This document shows, piece after piece, positions 26,001 to 41,000 of a stretch of 64,000 bases of DNA. Below the pieces are notes generated by a model that saw only the letters and a program-made list of their open reading frames with translations, had not been told where the DNA came from and searched no databases. Source of the DNA: Eimeria praecox. Taxonomy: Eukaryota. The position numbers were made by a program, and so were the translations under genes. The DNA lies in NCBI GenBank assembly GCA_963920595.1, contig OY986950.1, forward strand, positions 4,836,001 through 4,900,000, read 5' to 3'. Numbering within the stretch: the first letter of the stretch is position 1; each line of letters begins with the position of its first letter.

Positions 26001-29000
26001 GTATGTGGATGGGTTTGGGATGGGTGGATTGTTTGTGGGGCTGCGAGTGTGATATGAGGGTGGGTTTGGGATGTATTTTAGCGTTTGTGCGTGTGCGCAT
26101 ATTCTGTACATGTGTGTGGGTTGGTAGAATATGATAGTTGGTAGTGTTTGTGGGTGTGTTAGTTTGTGTGTATGCTGGGATGTGGGTGTTTTTGTTGCGG
26201 ATTCGGGCGTTAAATGTGGGATGTGAAAATGGACATGTGTGTGTGAATTGGCTGACACTGGTGTGATGTTGGAGGTGGTGTGCGTTTACAGCAGCAGGCG
26301 GTGGGTCGCGCTTGAAGATATGTTTGGGGATCGCATGGTTGTATTGTGTATGTGGATGGGTTTGGGATGGTTGGATGTTTGAGGGGCTGCGAGTGTGATA
26401 TGAGGGTGGGTTTGGGATGTATTTTAGCGTTTGTGCGTGTGCGCATATTCTGTACATGTGTGTGGGTTGGTAGAATATGATAGTTGGTAGTGTTTGTGGG
26501 TGTGTTAGTTTGTGTGTATGCTGGGATGTGGGTGTTTTTGTTGCGGATTAGGGCGTTAAATGTGGGATGTGAAAATGTACATGTGTGTGTGAATTGGCTG
26601 ACACTGGTGTGATGTTGGAGGTGGTGTGCGTTTACAGCAGCAGGCGGTGGGTCGCGCTTGAAGATATGTTTGGAGCTGGCATGGCTGTATTGTGTATGTG
26701 GATGGGTTTGGGATGGGTGGAATGTTTGTGGGGCTGCGAGTGTGATATGAGGGTGGATTTGGGATGTATTTTAGCGTTTGCGCGTGTGCGCATATTCTGT
26801 ACATGTGTGCGAGTTGGTAGAATATGATAGTTGGTAGTGTTTGTGGGTGTGTTAGTTTGTGTGTATGCTGGGATGTGGGTGTTTTTGTTGCGGATTCGGG
26901 CGTTAAATGTGGGATGTGAAAATGGACATGTGTGTGTGAATTGGCTGACACTGGTGTGATGTTGGAGGTGGTGTGCGTTTACAGCAGCAGGCGGTGGGTC
27001 GCGCTTGAAGATATGTTTGGGGCTGGCATGGTTGTATTGTGTATGTGTATGGGTTTGGGATGGTTGGATGTTTGAGGGGCTGCGAGTGTGATATGAGGGT
27101 GGGTTTGGGATGTATTTTAGCGTTTGTGCGTGTGCGCATATTCTGTACATGTGTGTGGGTTGGTAGAATATGATAGTTGGTAGTGTTTGTGGGTGTGTTA
27201 GTTTGTGTGTATGCTGGGATGTGGGTGTTTTTGTTGCGGATTAGGGCGTTAAATGTGGGATGTGAAAATGTACATGTGTGTGTGAATTGGCTGCCACTGG
27301 TGTGATGTTGGAGGTGGTGTGCGTTTACAGCAGCAGGCGGTGGGTCGCGCTTGAAGATATGTTTGGAGCTGGCATGGCTGTATTGTGTATGTGTATGGGT
27401 TTGGGATGGTTGGATGTTTGTGGGGCTGTTAGTGTGATATGAGGGTGGGTTTGGGATGTATTTTAGCGTTTGTGCGTGTGCGCATATTCTGTACATGTGT
27501 GTGGGTTGGTAGAATACGATAGTTGGTAGTGTTTGTGGGTGTTAGTTTGTGTGTATGCTGGGATGTGGGTGTTTTTGTTGCGGATTCGGGCGTTAAATGT
27601 GGGATGTGAAAATGTGCATGTGCGTGTGGAGTGGTTGACGTTGGTGTGGTTTTGGGGTGGTGGGCTTGTGCGCAGCGAGAGGCGGTGGGTCGGGCTTGAA
27701 GATATGTTTGGGGCTGGCATGGCTGTATTGTGTATGTGGATGGGTTTGGGATGGGTGGAATGTTTGTGGGGCTGCGAGTGTGATATGAGGGTGGGTTTGG
27801 GATGTATTTTAGCGTTTGCGCGTGTGCGCATATTCTGTACATGCGTGCGAGTTGGTAGAATATGATAGTTGGTAGTGTTTGTGGGTGTGTTAGTTTGTGT
27901 GTATGCTGGGATGTGGGTGTTTTTGTTGCGGATTCGGGCGTTAAATGTGGGATGTGAAAATGGACATGTGTGTGTGAATTGGCTGACACTGGTGTGATGT
28001 TGGAGGTGGTGTGCGTTTACAGCAGCAGGCGGTGGGTCGCGCTTGAAGATATGTTTGGGGATCGCATGGTTGTATTGTGTATGTGGATGGGTTTGGGATG
28101 GTTGGATGTTTGAGGGGCTGCGAGTGTGATATGAGGGTGGGTTTGGGATGTATTTTAGCGTTTGTGCGTGTGCGCATATTCTGTACATGTGTGTGGGTTG
28201 GTAGAATATGATAGTTGGTAGTGTTTGTGGGTGTGTTAGTTTGTGTGTATGCTGGGATGTGGGTGTTTTTGTTGCGGATTCGGGCGTTAAATGTGGGATG
28301 TGAAAATGGACATGTGTGTGTGAATTGGCTGACACTGGTGTGATGTTGGAGGTGGTGTGCGTTTACAGCAGCAGGCGGTGGGTCGCGCTTGAAGATATGT
28401 TTGGGGCTGGCATGGTTGTATTGTGTATGTGTATGGGTTTGGGATGGTTGGATGTTTGAGGGGCTGCGAGTGTGATATGAGGGTGGGTTTGGGATGTATT
28501 TTAGCGTTTGTGCGTGTGCGCATATTCTGTACATGTGTGTGGGTTGGTAGAATATGATAGTTGGTAGTGTTTGTGGGTGTGTTAGTTTGTGTGTATGCTG
28601 GGATGTGGGTGTTTTTGTTGCGGATTAGGGCGTTAAATGTGGGATGTGAAAATGTACATGTGTGTGTGAATTGGCTGACACTGGTGTGATGTTGGAGGTG
28701 GTGTGCGTTTACAGCAGCAGGCGGTGGGTCGCGCTTGAAGATATGTTTGGAGCTGGCATGGCTGTATTGTGTATGTGTATGGGTTTGGGATGGTTGGATG
28801 TTTGTGGGGCTGTTAGTGTGATATGAGGGTGGGTTTGGGATGTATTTTAGCGTTTGTGCGTGTGCGCATATTCTGTACATGTGTGTGGGTTGGTAGAATA
28901 CGATAGTTGGTAGTGTTTGTGGGTGTTAGTTTGTGTGTATGCTGGGATGTGGGTGTTTTTGTTGCGGATTCGGGCGTTAAATGTGGGATGTGAAAATGTG

Positions 29001-32000
29001 CATGTGCGTGTGGAGTGGTTGACGTTGGTGTGGTTTTGGGGTGGTGGGCTTGTGCGCAGCGAGAGGCGGTGGGTCGGGCTTGAAGATATGTTTGGGGCTG
29101 GCATGGCTGTATTGTGTATGTGGATGGGTTTGGGATGGGTGGAATGTTTGTGGGGCTGCGAGTGTGATATGAGGGTGGGTTTGGGATGTATTTTAGCGTT
29201 TGCGCGTGTGCGCATATTCTGTACATGCGTGCGAGTTGGTAGAATATGATAGTTGGTAGTGTTTGTGGGTGTGTTAGTTTGTGTGTATGCTGGGATGTGG
29301 GTGTTTTTGTTGCGGATTCGGGCGTTAAATGTGGGATGTGAAAATGGACATGTGTGTGTGAATTGGCTGACACTGGTGTGATGTTGGAGGTGGTGTGCGT
29401 TTACAGCAGCAGGCGGTGGGTCGCGCTTGAAGATATGTTTGGGGCTGGCATGGTTGTATTGTGTATGTGGATGGGTTTGGGATGGTTGGATGTTTGAGGG
29501 GCTGCGAGTGTGATATGAGGGTGGGTTTGGGATGTATTTTAGCGTTTGTGCGTGTGCGCATATTCTGTACATGTGTGTGGGTTGGTAGAATATGATAGTT
29601 GGTAGTGTTTGTGGGTGTGTTAGTTTGTGTGTATGCTGGGATGTGGGTGTTTTTGTTGCGGATTAGGGCGTTAAATGTGGGATGTGAAAATGTACATGTG
29701 TGTGTGAATTGGCTGACACTGGTGTGATGTTGGAGGTGGTGTGCGTTTACAGCAGCAGGCGGTGGGTCGCGCTTGAAGATATGTTTGGAGCTGGCATGGC
29801 TGTATTGTGTATGTGTATGGGTTTGGGATGGTTGGATGTTTGTGGGGCTGTTAGTGTGATATGAGGGTGGGTTTGGGATGTATTTTAGCGTTTGTGCGTG
29901 TGCGCATATTCTGTACATGTGTGTGGGTTGGTAGAATACGATAGTTGGTAGTGTTTGTGGGTGTTAGTTTGTGTGTATGCTGGGATGTGGGTGTTTTTGT
30001 TGCGGATTAGGGCGTTAAATGTGGGATGTGAAAATGTGCATGTGCGTGTGGAGTGGTTGACGTTGGTGTGGTTTTGGGGTGGTGGGCTTGTGCGCAGCGA
30101 GAGGCGGTGGGTCGGGCTTGAAGATATGTTTGGGGCTGGCATGGCTGTATTGTGTATGTGGATGGGTTTGGGATGGGTGGAATGTTTGTGGGGCTGCGAG
30201 TGTGATATGAGGGTGGGTTTGGGATGTATTTTAGCGTTTGCGCGTGTGCGCATATTCTGTACATGCGTGCGAGTTGGTAGAATATGATAGTTGGTAGTGT
30301 TTGTGGGTGTGCTAGTGTGTGTGTATGCTGGGATGTGGGTGTTTTTGTTGCGGATTCGGGCGTTAAATGTGGGATGTGAAAATGGACATGTGTGTGTGAA
30401 TTGGCTGACACTGGTGTGATGTTGGAGGTGGTGTGCGTTTACAGCAGCAGGCGGTGGGTCGCGCTTGAAGATATGTTTGGGGCTGGCATGGTTGTATTGT
30501 GTATGTGTATGGGTTTGGGATGGTTGGATGTTTGAGGGGCTGCGAGTGTGATATGAGGGTGGGTTTGGGATGTATTTTAGCGTTTGTGCGTGTGCGCATA
30601 TTCTGTACATGTGTGTGGGTTGGTAGAATATGATAGTTGGTAGTGTTTGTGGGTGTGCTAGTGTGTGTGTATGCTGGGATGTGGGTGTTTTTGTTGCGGA
30701 TTAGGGCGTTAAATGTGGGATGTGAAAATGTACATGTGTGTGTGAATTGGCTGACACTGGTGTGATGTTGGAGGTGGTGTGCGTTTACAGCAGCAGGCGG
30801 TGGGTCGCGCTTGAAGATATGTTTGGAGCTGGCATGGCTGTATTGTGTATGTGTATGGGTTTGGGATGGTTGGATGTTTGTGGGGCTGTTAGTGTGATAT
30901 GAGGGTGGGTTTGGGATGTATTTTAGCGTTTGTGCGTGTGCGCATATTCTGTACATGTGTGTGGGTTGGTAGAATACGATAGTTGGTAGTGTTTGTGGGT
31001 GTTAGTTTGTGTGTATGCTGGGATGTGGGTGTTTTTGTTGCGGATTCGGGCGTTAAATGTGGGATGTGAAAATGTGCATGTGCGTGTGGAGTGGTTGACG
31101 TTGGTGTGGTTTTGGGGTGGTGGGCTTGTGCGCAGCGAGAGGCGGTGGGTCGGGCTTGAAGATATGTTTGGGGCTGGCATGGCTGTATTGTGTATGTGGA
31201 TGGGTTTGGGATGGGTGGAATGTTTGTGGGGCTGCGAGTGTGATATGAGGGTGGGTTTGGGATGTATTTTAGCGTTTGCGCGTGTGCGCATATTCTGTAC
31301 ATGCGTGCGAGTTGGTAGAATATGATAGTTGGTAGTGTTTGTGGGTGTGCTAGTGTGTGTGTATGCTGGGATGTGGGTGTTTTTGTTGCGGATTCGGGCG
31401 TTAAATGTGGGATGTGAAAATGGACATGTGTGTGTGAATTGGCTGACACTGGTGTGATGTTGGAGGTGGTGTGCGTTTACAGCAGCAGGCGGTGGGTCGC
31501 GCTTGAAGATATGTTTGGGGCTGGCATGGTTGTATTGTGTATGTGTATGGGTTTGGGATGGTTGGATGTTTGAGGGGCTGCGAGTGTGATATGAGGGTGG
31601 GTTTGGGATGTATTTTAGCGTTTGTGCGTGTGCGCATATTCTGTACATGTGTGTGGGTTGGTAGAATATGATAGTTGGTAGTGTTTGTGGGTGTGCTAGT
31701 GTGTGTGTATGCTGGGATGTGGGTGTTTTTGTTGCGGATTAGGGCGTTAAATGTGGGATGTGAAAATGTACATGTGTGTGTGAATTGGCTGACACTGGTG
31801 TGATGTTGGAGGTGGTGTGCGTTTACAGCAGCAGGCGGTGGGTCGCGCTTGAAGATATGTTTGGAGCTGGCATGGCTGTATTGTGTATGTGTATGGGTTT
31901 GGGATGGTTGGATGTTTGTGGGGCTGTTAGTGTGATATGAGGGTGGGTTTGGGATGTATTTTAGCGTTTGTGCGTGTGCGCATATTCTGTACATGTGTGT

Positions 32001-35000
32001 GGGTTGGTAGAATACGATAGTTGGTAGTGTTTGTGGGTGTTAGTTTGTGTGTATGCTGGGATGTGGGTGTTTTTGTTGCGGATTCGGGCGTTAAATGTGG
32101 GATGTGAAAATGTGCATGTGCGTGTGGAGTGGTTGACGTTGGTGTGGTTTTGGGGTGGTGGGCTTGTGCGCAGCGAGAGGCGGTGGGTCGGGCTTGAAGA
32201 TATGTTTGGGGCTGGCATGGCTGTATTGTGTATGTGGATGGGTTTGGGATGGGTGGAATGTTTGTGGGGCTGCGAGTGTGATATGAGGGTGGGTTTGGGA
32301 TGTATTTTAGCGTTTGCGCGTGTGCGCATATTCTGTACATGCGTGCGAGTTGGTAGAATATGATAGTTGGTAGTGTTTGTGGGTGTGCTAGTGTGTGTGT
32401 ATGCTGGGATGTGGGTGTTTTTGTTGCGGATTCGGGCGTTAAATGTGGGATGTGAAAATGGACATGTGTGTGTGAATTGGCTGACACTGGTGTGATGTTG
32501 GAGGTGGTGTGCGTTTACAGCAGCAGGCGGTGGGTCGCGCTTGAAGATATGTTTGGGGCTGGCATGGTTGTATTGTGTATGTGTATGGGTTTGGGATGGT
32601 TGGATGTTTGAGGGGCTGCGAGTGTGATATGAGGGTGGGTTTGGGATGTATTTTAGCGTTTGTGCGTGTGCGCATATTCTGTACATGTGTGTGGGTTGGT
32701 AGAATATGATAGTTGGTAGTGTTTGTGGGTGTGTTAGTTTGTGTGTATGCTGGGAGGTGAGTGTTTTTGTTGCGGATTAGGGCGTTAAATGTGGGATGTG
32801 AAAATGTACATGTGTGTGTGAATTGGCTGACACTGGTGTGATGTTGGAGGTGGTGTGCGTTTACAGCAGCAGGCGGTGGGTCGCGCTTGAAGATATGTTT
32901 GGAGCTGGCATGGCTGTATTGTGTATGTGTATGGGTTTGGGATGGTTGGATGTTTGTGGGGCTGTTAGTGTGATATGAGGGTGGGTTTGGGATGTATTTT
33001 AGCGTTTGTGCGTGTGCGCATATTCTGTACATGTGTGTGGGTTGGTAGAATACGATAGTTGGTAGTGTTTGTGGGTGTTAGTTTGTGTGTATGCTGGGAT
33101 GTGGGTGTTTTTGTTGCGGATTAGGGCGTTAAATGTGGGATGTGAAAATGTGCATGTGCGTGTGGAGTGGTTGACGTTGGTGTGGTTTTGGGGTGGTGGG
33201 CTTGTGCGCAGCGAGAGGCGGTGGGTCGGGCTTGAAGATATGTTTGGGGCTGGCATGGCTGTATTGTGTATGTGGATGGGTTTGGGATGGGTGGAATGTT
33301 TGTGGGGCTGCGAGTGTGATATGAGGGTGGGTTTGGGATGTATTTTAGCGTTTGCGCGTGTGCGCATATTCTGTACATGCGTGCGAGTTGGTAGAATATG
33401 ATAGTTGGTAGTGTTTGTGGGTGTGCTAGTGTGTGTGTATGCTGGGATGTGGGTGTTTTTGTTGCGGATTCGGGCGTTAAATGTGGGATGTGAAAATGGA
33501 CATGTGTGTGTGAATTGGCTGACACTGGTGTGATGTTGGAGGTGGTGTGCGTTTACAGCAGCAGGCGGTGGGTCGCGCTTGAAGATATGTTTGGGGCTGG
33601 CATGGTTGTATTGTGTATGTGTATGGGTTTGGGATGGTTGGATGTTTGAGGGGCTGCGAGTGTGATATGAGGGTGGGTTTGGGATGTATTTTAGCGTTTG
33701 TGCGTGTGCGCATATTCTGTACATGTGTGTGGGTTGGTAGAATATGATAGTTGGTAGTGTTTGTGGGTGTGTTAGTTTGTGTGTATGCTGGGATGTGGGT
33801 GTTTTTGTTGCGGATTAGGGCGTTAAATGTGGGATGTGAAAATGTACATGTGTGTGTGAATTGGCTGACACTGGTGTGATGTTGGAGGTGGTGTGCGTTT
33901 ACAGCAGCAGGCGGTGGGTCGCGCTTGAAGATATGTTTGGAGCTGGCATGGCTGTATTGTGTATGTGTATGGGTTTGGGATGGTTGGATGTTTGTGGGGC
34001 TGTTAGTGTGATATGAGGGTGGGTTTGGGATGTATTTTAGCGTTTGTGCGTGTGCGCATATTCTGTACATGTGTGTGGGTTGGTAGAATACGATAGTTGG
34101 TAGTGTTTGTGGGTGTTAGTTTGTGTGTATGCTGGGATGTGGGTGTTTTTGTTGCGGATTAGGGCGTTAAATGTGGGATGTGAAAATGTGCATGTGCGTG
34201 TGGAGTGGTTGACGTTGGTGTGGTTTTGGGGTGGTGGGCTTGTGCGCAGCGAGAGGCGGTGGGTCGGGCTTGAAGATATGTTTGGGGCTGGCATGGCTGT
34301 ATTGTGTATGTGGATGGGTTTGGGATGGGTGGAATGTTTGTGGGGCTGCGAGTGTGATATGAGGGTGGGTTTGGGATGTATTTTAGCGTTTGCGCGTGTG
34401 CGCATATTCTGTACATGCGTGCGAGTTGGTAGAATATGATAGTTGGTAGTGTTTGTGGGTGTGTTAGTTTGTGTGTATGCTGGGATGTGGGTGTTTTTGT
34501 TGCGGATTCGGGCGTTAAATGTGGGATGTGAAAATGGACATGTGTGTGTGAATTGGCTGACACTGGTGTGATGTTGGAGGTGGTGTGCGTTTACAGCAGC
34601 AGGCGGTGGGTCGCGCTTGAAGATATGTTTGGGGCTGGCATGGTTGTATTGTGTATGTGGATGGGTTTGGGATGGTTGGATGTTTGAGGGGCTGTTAGGG
34701 TGATATGAGGGTGGGTTTGGGATGTATTTTAGCGTTTGTGCGTGTGCGCATATTCTGTACATGTGTGTGGGTTGGTAGAATACGATAGTTGGTAGTGTTT
34801 GTGGGTGTGTTAGTTTGTGTGTATGCTGGGATGTGGGTGTTTTTGTTGCGGATTCGGGCGTTAAATGTGGGATGTGAAAATGTGCATGTGCGTGTGGAGT
34901 GGTTGACGTTGGTGTGGTTTTGGGGTGGTGGGCTTGTGCGCAGCGAGAGGCGGTGGGTCGGGCTTGAAGATATGTTTGGGGATCGCATGGCTGTATTGTG

Positions 35001-38000
35001 TATGTGGATGGGTTTGGGATGGGTGGAATGTTTGTGGGGCTGCGAGTGTGATATGAGGGTGGGTTTGGGATGTATTTTAGCGTTTGCGCGTGTGCGCATA
35101 TTCTGTACATGCGTGTGAGTTGGTAGAATATGATAGTTGGTAGTGTTTGTGGGTGTGTTAGTTTGGGTGTATGCTGGGATGTGGGTGTTTTTGTTGCGGA
35201 TTCGGGCGTTAAATGTGGGATGTGAAAATGTACATGTGTGTGTGAATTGGCTGACACTGGTGTGATGTTGGAGGTGGTGTGCGTTTACAGCAGCAGGCGG
35301 TGGGTCGCGCTTGAAGATATGTTTGGGGCTGGCATGGTTGTATTGTGTATGTGGATGGGTTTGGGATGGTTGGATGTTTGTGGGGCTGTTAGTGTGATAT
35401 GAGGGTGGGTTTGGGATGTATTTTAGCGTTTGTGCGTGTGCGCATATTCTGTACATGTGTGTGGGTTGGTAGAATATGATAGTTGGTAGTGTTTGTGGGT
35501 GTGTTAGTTTGGGTGTATGCTGGGATGTGGGTGTTTTTGTTGCGGATTCGGGCGTTAAATGTGGGATGTGAAAATGTACATGTGTGTGTGAATTGGCTGA
35601 CACTGGTGTGATGTTGGAGGTGGTGTGCGTTTACAGCAGCAGGCGGTGGGTCGCGCTTGAAGATATGTTTGGAGCTGGCATGGCTGTATTGTGTATGTGT
35701 ATGGGTTTGGGATGGTTGGATGTTTGTGGGGCTGTTAGTGTGATATGAGGGTGGGTTTGGGATGTATTTTAGCGTTTGTGCGTGTGCGCATATTCTGTAC
35801 ATGTGTGTGGGTTGGTAGAATACGATAGTTGGTAGTGTTTGTGGGTGTTAGTTTGTGTGTATGCTGGGATGTGGGTGTTTTTGTTGCGGATTAGGGCGTT
35901 AAATGTGGGATGTGAAAATGTGCATGTGCGTGTGGAGTGGTTGACGTTGGTGTGGTTTTGGGGTGGTGGGCTTGTGCGCAGCGAGAGGCGGTGGGTCGCG
36001 CTTGAAGATATGTTTGGGGCTGGCATGGCTGTATTGTGTATGTGGATGGGTTTGGGATGGGTGGAATGTTTGTGGGGCTGCGAGTGTGATATGAGGGTGG
36101 ATTTGGGATGTATTTTAGCGTTTGCGCGTGTGCGCATATTCTGTACATGTGTGCGAGTTGGTAGAATATGATAGTTGGTAGTGTTTGTGGGTGTGTTAGT
36201 TTGTGTGTATGCTGGGATGTGGGTGTTTTTGTTGCGGATTCGGGCGTTAAATGTGGGATGTGAAAATGGACATGTGTGTGTGAATTGGCTGACACTGGTG
36301 TGATGTTGGAGGTGGTGTGCGTTTACAGCAGCAGACGGTGGGTCGCGCTTGAAGATATGTTTGGGGCTGGCATGGTTGTATTGTGTATGTGGATGGGTTT
36401 GGGATGGTTGGATGTTTGAGGGGCTGCGAGTGTGATATGAGGGTGGGTTTGGGATGTATTTTAGCGTTTGTGCGTGTGCGCATATTCTGTACATGTGTGT
36501 GGGTTGGTAGAATATGATAGTTGGTAGTGTTTGTGGGTGTGTTAGTTTGTGTGTATGCTGGGATGTGGGTGTTTTTGTTGCGGATTCGGGCGTTAAATGT
36601 GGGATGTGAAAATGTACATGTGTGTGTGAATTGGCTGACACTGGTGTGATGTTGGAGGTGGTGTGCGTTTACAGCAGCAGGCGGTGGGTCGCGCTTGAAG
36701 ATATGTTTGGGGCTGGCATGGCTGTATTGTGTATGTGGATGGGTTTGGGATGGGTGGAATGTTTGTGGGGCTGCGAGTGTGATATGAGGGTGGGTTTGGG
36801 ATGTATTTTAGCGTTTGCGCGTGTGCGCATATTCTGTACATGTGTGCGAGTTGGTAGAATATGATAGTTGGTAGTGTTTGTGGGTGTGTTAGTTTGTGTG
36901 TATGCTGGGATGTGGGTGTTTTTGTTGCGGATTCGGGCGTTAAATGTGGGATGTGAAAATGGACATGTGTGTGTGAATTGGCTGACACTGGTGTGATGTT
37001 GGAGGTGGTGTGCGTTTACAGCAGCAGGCGGTGGGTCGCGCTTGAAGATATGTTTGGAGCTGGCATGGCTGTATTGTGTATGTGTATGGGTTTGGGATGG
37101 TTGGATGTTTGTGGGGCTGTTAGTGTGATATGAGGGTGGGTTTGGGATGTATTTTAGCGTTTGTGCGTGTGCGCATATTCTGTACATGTGTGTGGGTTGG
37201 TAGAATACGATAGTTGGTAGTGTTTGTGGGTGTTAGTTTGTGTGTATGCTGGGATGTGGGTGTTTTTGTTGCGGATTAGGGCGTTAAATGTGGGATGTGA
37301 AAATGTGCATGTGCGTGTGGAGTGGTTGACGTTGGTGTGGTTTTGGGGTGGTGGGCTTGTGCGCAGCGAGAGGCGGTGGGTCGGGCTTGAAGATATGTTT
37401 GGGGCTGGCATGGCTGTATTGTGTATGTGGATGGGTTTGGGATGGGTGGAATGTTTGTGGGGCTGCGAGTGTGATATGAGGGTGGGTTTGGGATGTATTT
37501 TAGCGTTTGCGCGTGTGCGCATATTCTGTACATGCGTGCGAGTTGGTAGAATATGATAGTTGGTAGTGTTTGTGGGTGTGTTAGTTTGTGTGTATGCTGG
37601 GATGTGGGTGTTTTTGTTGCGGATTCGGGCGTTAAATGTGGGATGTGAAAATGTACATGTGTGTGTGAATTGGCTGACACTGGTGTGATGTTGGAGGTGG
37701 TGTGCGTTTACAGCAGCAGGCGGTGGGTCGCGCTTGAAGATATGTTTGGGGCTGGCATGGTTGTATTGTGTATGTGGATGGGTTTGGGATGGTTGGATGT
37801 TTGAGGGGCTGTTAGGGTGATATGAGGGTGGGTTTGGGATGTATTTTAGCGTTTGTGCGTGTGCGCATATTCTGTACATGTGTGTGGGTTGGTAGAATAT
37901 GATAGTTGGTAGTGTTTGTGGGTGTTAGTTTGTGTGTATGCTGGGATGTGGGTGTTTTTGTTGCGGATTCGGGCGTTAAATGTGGGATGTGAAAATGTAC

Positions 38001-41000
38001 ATGTGTGTGTGAATTGGCTGACACTGGTGTGATGTTGGAGGTGGTGTGCGTTTACAGCAGCAGGCGGTGGGTCGCGCTTGAAGATATGTTTGGAGCTGGC
38101 ATGGCTGTATTGTGTATGTGTATGGGTTTGGGATGGTTGGATGTTTGTGGGGCTGTTAGTGTGATATGAGGGTGGGTTTGGGATGTATTTTAGCGTTTGT
38201 GCGTGTGCGCATATTCTGTACATGTGTGTGGGTTGGTAGAATACGATAGTTGGTAGTGTTTGTGGGTGTTAGTTTGTGTGTATGCTGGGATGTGGGTGTT
38301 TTTGTTGCGGATTAGGGCGTTAAATGTGGGATGTGAAAATGTGCATGTGCGTGTGGAGTGGTTGACGTTGGTGTGGTTTTGGGGTGGTGGGCTTGTGCGC
38401 AGCGAGAGGCGGTGGGTCGCGCTTGAAGATATGTTTGGGGATCGCATGGCTGTATTGTGTATGTGGATGGGTTTGGGATGGGTGGAATGTTTGTGGGGCT
38501 GCGAGTGTGATATGAGGGTGGATTTGGGATGTATTTTAGCGTTTGCGCGTGTGCGCATATTCTGTACATGTGTGTGGGTTGGTAGAATATGATAGTTGGT
38601 AGTGTTTGTGGGTGTGTTAGTTTGGGTGTATGCTGGGATGTGGGTGTTTTTGTTGCGGATTCGGGCGTTAAATGTGGGATGTGAAAATGTACATGTGTGT
38701 GTGAATTGGCTGACACTGGTGTGATGTTGGAGGTGGTGTGCGTTTACAGCAGCAGGCGGTGGGTCGCGCTTGAAGATATGTTTGGGGCTGGCATGGTTGT
38801 ATTGTGCATGTGGATGGGTTTGGGATGGTTGGATGTTTGTGGGGCTGTTAGTGTGATATGAGGGTGGGTTTGGGATGTATTTTAGCGTTTGTGCGTGTGC
38901 GCATATTCTGTACATGTGTGTGGGTTGGTAGAATATGATAGTTGGTAGTGTTTGTGAGTGTTAGTTTGTGTGTATGCTGGGATGTGGGTGTTTTTGTTGC
39001 GGATTAGGGCGTTAAATGTGGGATGTGAAAATGTGCATGTGCGTGTGGAGTGGTTGACGTTGGTGTGGTTTTGGGGTGGTGGGCTTGTGCGCAGCGAGAG
39101 GCGGTGGGTCGCGCTTGAAGATATGTTTGGGGCTGGCATGGCTGTATTGTGTATGTGGATGGGTTTGGGATGGGTGGAATGTTTGTGGGGCTGCGAGTGT
39201 GATATGAGGGTGGATTTGGGATGTATTTTAGCGTTTGCGCGTGTGCGCATATTCTGTACATGTGTGCGAGTTGGTAGAATATGATAGTTGGTAGTGTTTG
39301 TGGGTGTGTTAGTTTGTGTGTATGCTGGGATGTGGGTGTTTTTGTTGCGGATTCGGGCGTTAAATGTGGGATGTGAAAATGTACATGTGTGTGTGAATTG
39401 GCTGCCACTGGTGTGATGTTGGAGGTGGTGTGCGTTTACAGCAGCAGGCGGTGGGTCGCGCTTGAAGATATGTTTGGGGCTGGCATGGTTGTATTGTGTA
39501 TGTGTATGGGTTTGGGATGGTTGGATGTTTGTGGGGCTGTTAGTGTGATATGAGGGTGGGTTTGGGATGTATTTTAGCGTTTGTGCGTGTGCGCATATTC
39601 TGAACATGTGTGTGGGTTGGTAGAATATGATAGTTGGTAGTGTTTGTGGGTGTGTTAGTTTGTGTGTATGCTGGGATGTGGGTGTTTTTGTTGCGGATTC
39701 GGGCGTTAAATGTGAGATGTGAAAATGTACATGTGTGTGTGAATTGGCTGACACTGGTGTGATGTTGGAGGTGGTGTGCGTTTACAGCAGCAGGCGGTGG
39801 GTCGCGCTTGAAGATATGTTTGGGGCTGGCATGGTTGTATTGTGTATGTGGATGGGTTTGGGATGGTTGGATGTTTGTGGGGCTGTTAGTGTGATATGAG
39901 GGTGGGTTTGGGATGTATTTTAGCGTTTGTGCGTGTGCGCATATTCTGTACATGTGTGTGGGTTGGTAGAATATGATAGTTGGTAGTGTTTGTGGGTGTG
40001 TTAGTTTGTGTGTATGCTGGGATGTGGGTGTTTTTGTTGCGGATTCGGGCGTTAAATGTGAGATGTGAAAATGTACATGTGTGTGTGAATTGGCTGACAC
40101 TGGTGTGATGTTGGAGGTGGTGTGCGTTTACAGCAGCAGGCGGTGGGTCGCGCTTGAAGATATGTTTGGAGCTGGCATGGTTGTATTGTGTATGTGTATG
40201 GGTTTGGGATGGTTGGATGTTTGTGGGGCTGTTAGTGTGATATGAGGGTGGGTTTGGGATGTATTTTAGCGTTTGTGCGTGTGCGCATATTCTGTACATG
40301 TGTGTGGGTTGGTAGAATACGATAGTTGGTAGTGTTTGTGGGTGTTAGTTTGTGTGTATGCTGGGATGTGGGTGTTTTTGTTGCGGATTCGGGCGTTAAA
40401 TGTGGGATGTGAAAATGTGCATGTGCGTGTGGAGTGGTTGACGTTGGTGTGGTTTTGGGGTGGTGGGCTTGTGCGCAGCGAGAGGCGGTGGGTCGGGCTT
40501 GAAGATATGTTTGGGGCTGGCATGGCTGTATTGTGTATGTGGATGGGCTTGGGATGGGTGGAATGTTTGTGGGGCTGTTAGTGTGATATGAGGGTGGATT
40601 TGGGATGTATTTTAGCGTTTGCGCGTGTGCGCATATTCTGTACATGCGTGCGAGTTGGTAGAATATGATAGTTGGTAGTGTTTGTGGGTGTGTTAGTTTG
40701 GGTGTATGCTGGGATGTGGGTGTTTTTGTTGCGGATTCGGGCGTTAAATGTGGGATGTGAAAATGTACATGTGTGTGTGAATTGGCTGACACTGGTGTGA
40801 TGTTGGAGGTGGTGTGCGTTTACAGCAGCAGGCGGTGGGTCGCGCTTGAAGATATGTTTGGGGCTGGCATGGTTGTATTGTGTATGTGGATGGGTTTGGG
40901 ATGGTTGGATGTTTGTGGGGCTGTTAGTGTGATATGAGGGTGGGTTTGGGATGTATTTTAGCGTTTGTGCGTGTGCGCATATTCTGTACATGTGTGTGGG

